A program made the position numbers and the translations under genes. A model generated the notes under the pieces. The model saw nothing but the letters and a program-made list of their open reading frames with translations, was not told the DNA's origin and made no database searches. 64,000 nucleotides of DNA from Bacteroidaceae bacterium (GTDB taxonomy: Bacteria > Bacteroidota > Bacteroidia > Bacteroidales > Bacteroidaceae): NCBI GenBank assembly GCA_017522915.1, contig JAFWXX010000044.1, positions 1,363 through 65,362 of the forward strand, written 5' to 3'. This document shows, piece by piece, positions 62,930 through 64,000 of the stretch; the first letter of the stretch is position 1, and the number at the start of each line of letters is the position of its first letter.

Positions 62930-64000
62930 TTATCGTCCAGTAGCTTGCAAGTATTCGGTTTTGCTTATCTCATATTTAGAGTAGGCTTCAGCATATTTGT
63001 CACGGCTTTGTTGGTAGAGTTGTTGTGCTTCCAATAAGTCACTCATGCCGGATGTTCCCGCTTTATAATATTGTTCGTTCAAACGAAGGTTTTCTTCCGA
63101 TTGCTCAATGCTGTTCAGAGCAATAAGTGCTTGTTGATAGGCATTGCTCAAGTCGATTTGTGCTTTCTGCATCCTTATCAACAATTGCTCGCTGCCGTTA
63201 TTGAATTCGGTTACGGCATTTTGGTGACGGAGTTTGTATTTCCGTACGCTGAAAGGTGCTTTCCAAGAGATAGGAATCGATACATTCAGCATGCAGACGA
63301 ATGAGTTTTGGGAAGGTCCCATAAAATCATTGTACAGATAACCGCCTTGAAGAGCCACTGTAGGCAGGAATTGTCCTGTATTCAGACGTTTTTCCAGTTT
63401 GGATGCATCTACAGCTTTGCTCAATAGCTGATACTCGACGGTCGTTTCCAGACGCTCGTTGTGATTCACATAGAGATGTTCCGGAGAACGGAGTTCTGTA
63501 CTGACAGCTGTCTGTACATCGAAGCTGTTCATGTCGGTTCCGATGTATTGAGCCAACAACATTTTACAGATAGCGATGTTGTTCTGTATGTCTATCACTG
63601 CGCTTTGTGTTTCGTTCTTGCGTAGTTCTACCTGCAGCAAGTCGTTCCGGTTCTTGATACCTGCATCTACTGCTGCTTTGGCATCACTGCATATCTTTTC
63701 AAGCAATGCTGATACATGTTGTAGTGTCTTCAACTTTTCGTTTAGTACCACGATGTTCCAATAGTATTGGTCAACGGTGAGTGTCACTTCGTTCCTTGTT
63801 TGACGGAGTTGCAATTCACTCAGTTCCACTCCTAACTTAGCCAACTTGTTGCCATGATAAATCTGTCCACCGGCAAAGATAGGCATGGTCACCATGGCTC
63901 CGCCGAACGTACCTTCGTCCAGCAATTTCATGGTTTGTTCTCCCATGGGCATCTGAATCAAGCCGTCATCGGCTTTCATGGTACCACCTGTAAGGGAGAT
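62930..64000 (-). CDS. TolC-family outer-membrane efflux protein, C-terminal ~356 aa (5' end outside window)
   Basis: Frame open to the window end. Repeated coiled-coil segments typical of OEP/TolC (LLQVELRKNETQ..., LLEAQQLYQQSRDKYAEAYSKYEISKTEYLQATG). Confidence 0.8.
   Translation of the reverse strand: MSLTGGTMKADDGLIQMPMGEQTMKLLDEGTFGGAMVTMPIFAGGQIYHGNKLAKLGVELSELQLRQTRNEVTLTVDQYYWNIVVLNEKLKTLQHVSALLEKICSDAKAAVDAGIKNRNDLLQVELRKNETQSAVIDIQNNIAICKMLLAQYIGTDMNSFDVQTAVSTELRSPEHLYVNHNERLETTVEYQLLSKAVDASKLEKRLNTGQFLPTVALQGGYLYNDFMGPSQNSFVCMLNVSIPISWKAPFSVRKYKLRHQNAVTEFNNGSEQLLIRMQKAQIDLSNAYQQALIALNSIEQSEENLRLNEQYYKAGTSGMSDLLEAQQLYQQSRDKYAEAYSKYEISKTEYLQATGR

Overview
This window looks like a chromosomal segment of a Bacteroidota (Bacteroidales-type) genome. 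The evidence is TAnnTTTG -7 promoter boxes ahead of most transcription units, a SusC/SusD pair, T9SS C-terminal sorting domains and a pdxJ-exbB-exbD-tonB arrangement. I support about 56 protein genes, one tRNA-Leu(UAA) and one degenerate tRNA-like element. There are no rRNA genes, CRISPR arrays, intact IS elements or integrases.

Most of the window is housekeeping, packed into long operons with very short gaps:
- Plus strand: pdxJ-exbB-exbD-tonB-DJ1-ispD-recG; ndk; yicC-gmk-nadD; an aromatic amino-acid cluster aroF-tyrA-aroB-aroA-pheA ... aroQ-nnr; and a histidine-utilisation operon ftcD-hutU-hutH-hutI.
- Minus strand: tsaB-DUF4290-murA-rimM-M23-dxr-rseP-serpin-alkaline phosphatase.
- The two window edges carry a partial RND efflux permease and a partial TolC-family gene.

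Accessory or unexplained content:
1. A ~12.5 kb minus-strand operon (41.4-53.9 kb) is the most system-like and least understood part. It encodes a SusC with an STN-type signalling extension, SusD, two lipoproteins (DUF4843-like and PKD-like) and three tandem TlpA/thioredoxin-like proteins, one with a CxxS site. A thioredoxin-less paralog sits upstream. There are no glycan-degrading enzymes and no adjacent sigma/anti-sigma pair.
2. A 750-bp non-coding region (40.7-41.4 kb) holds three tandem 93-nt hairpin-forming units. The third sits exactly behind a -7 promoter box and ahead of a strong terminator, making it a candidate sRNA.
3. A T9SS-CTD mini-protein is translationally coupled to a CTD-less 975-aa beta-helix protein.
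4. A GH109-like enzyme carries an Ala/Lys/Glu-rich C-terminal tail.
5. A low-GC gene splits the aro cluster.
6. A low-GC islet (60.7-62.9 kb) contains an AlbA_2/Schlafen-like ATPase-regulator, a truncated AbiEii toxin remnant and the aberrant tRNA-like element.

All family names come from motif recognition by eye and from memory. No database search was run.
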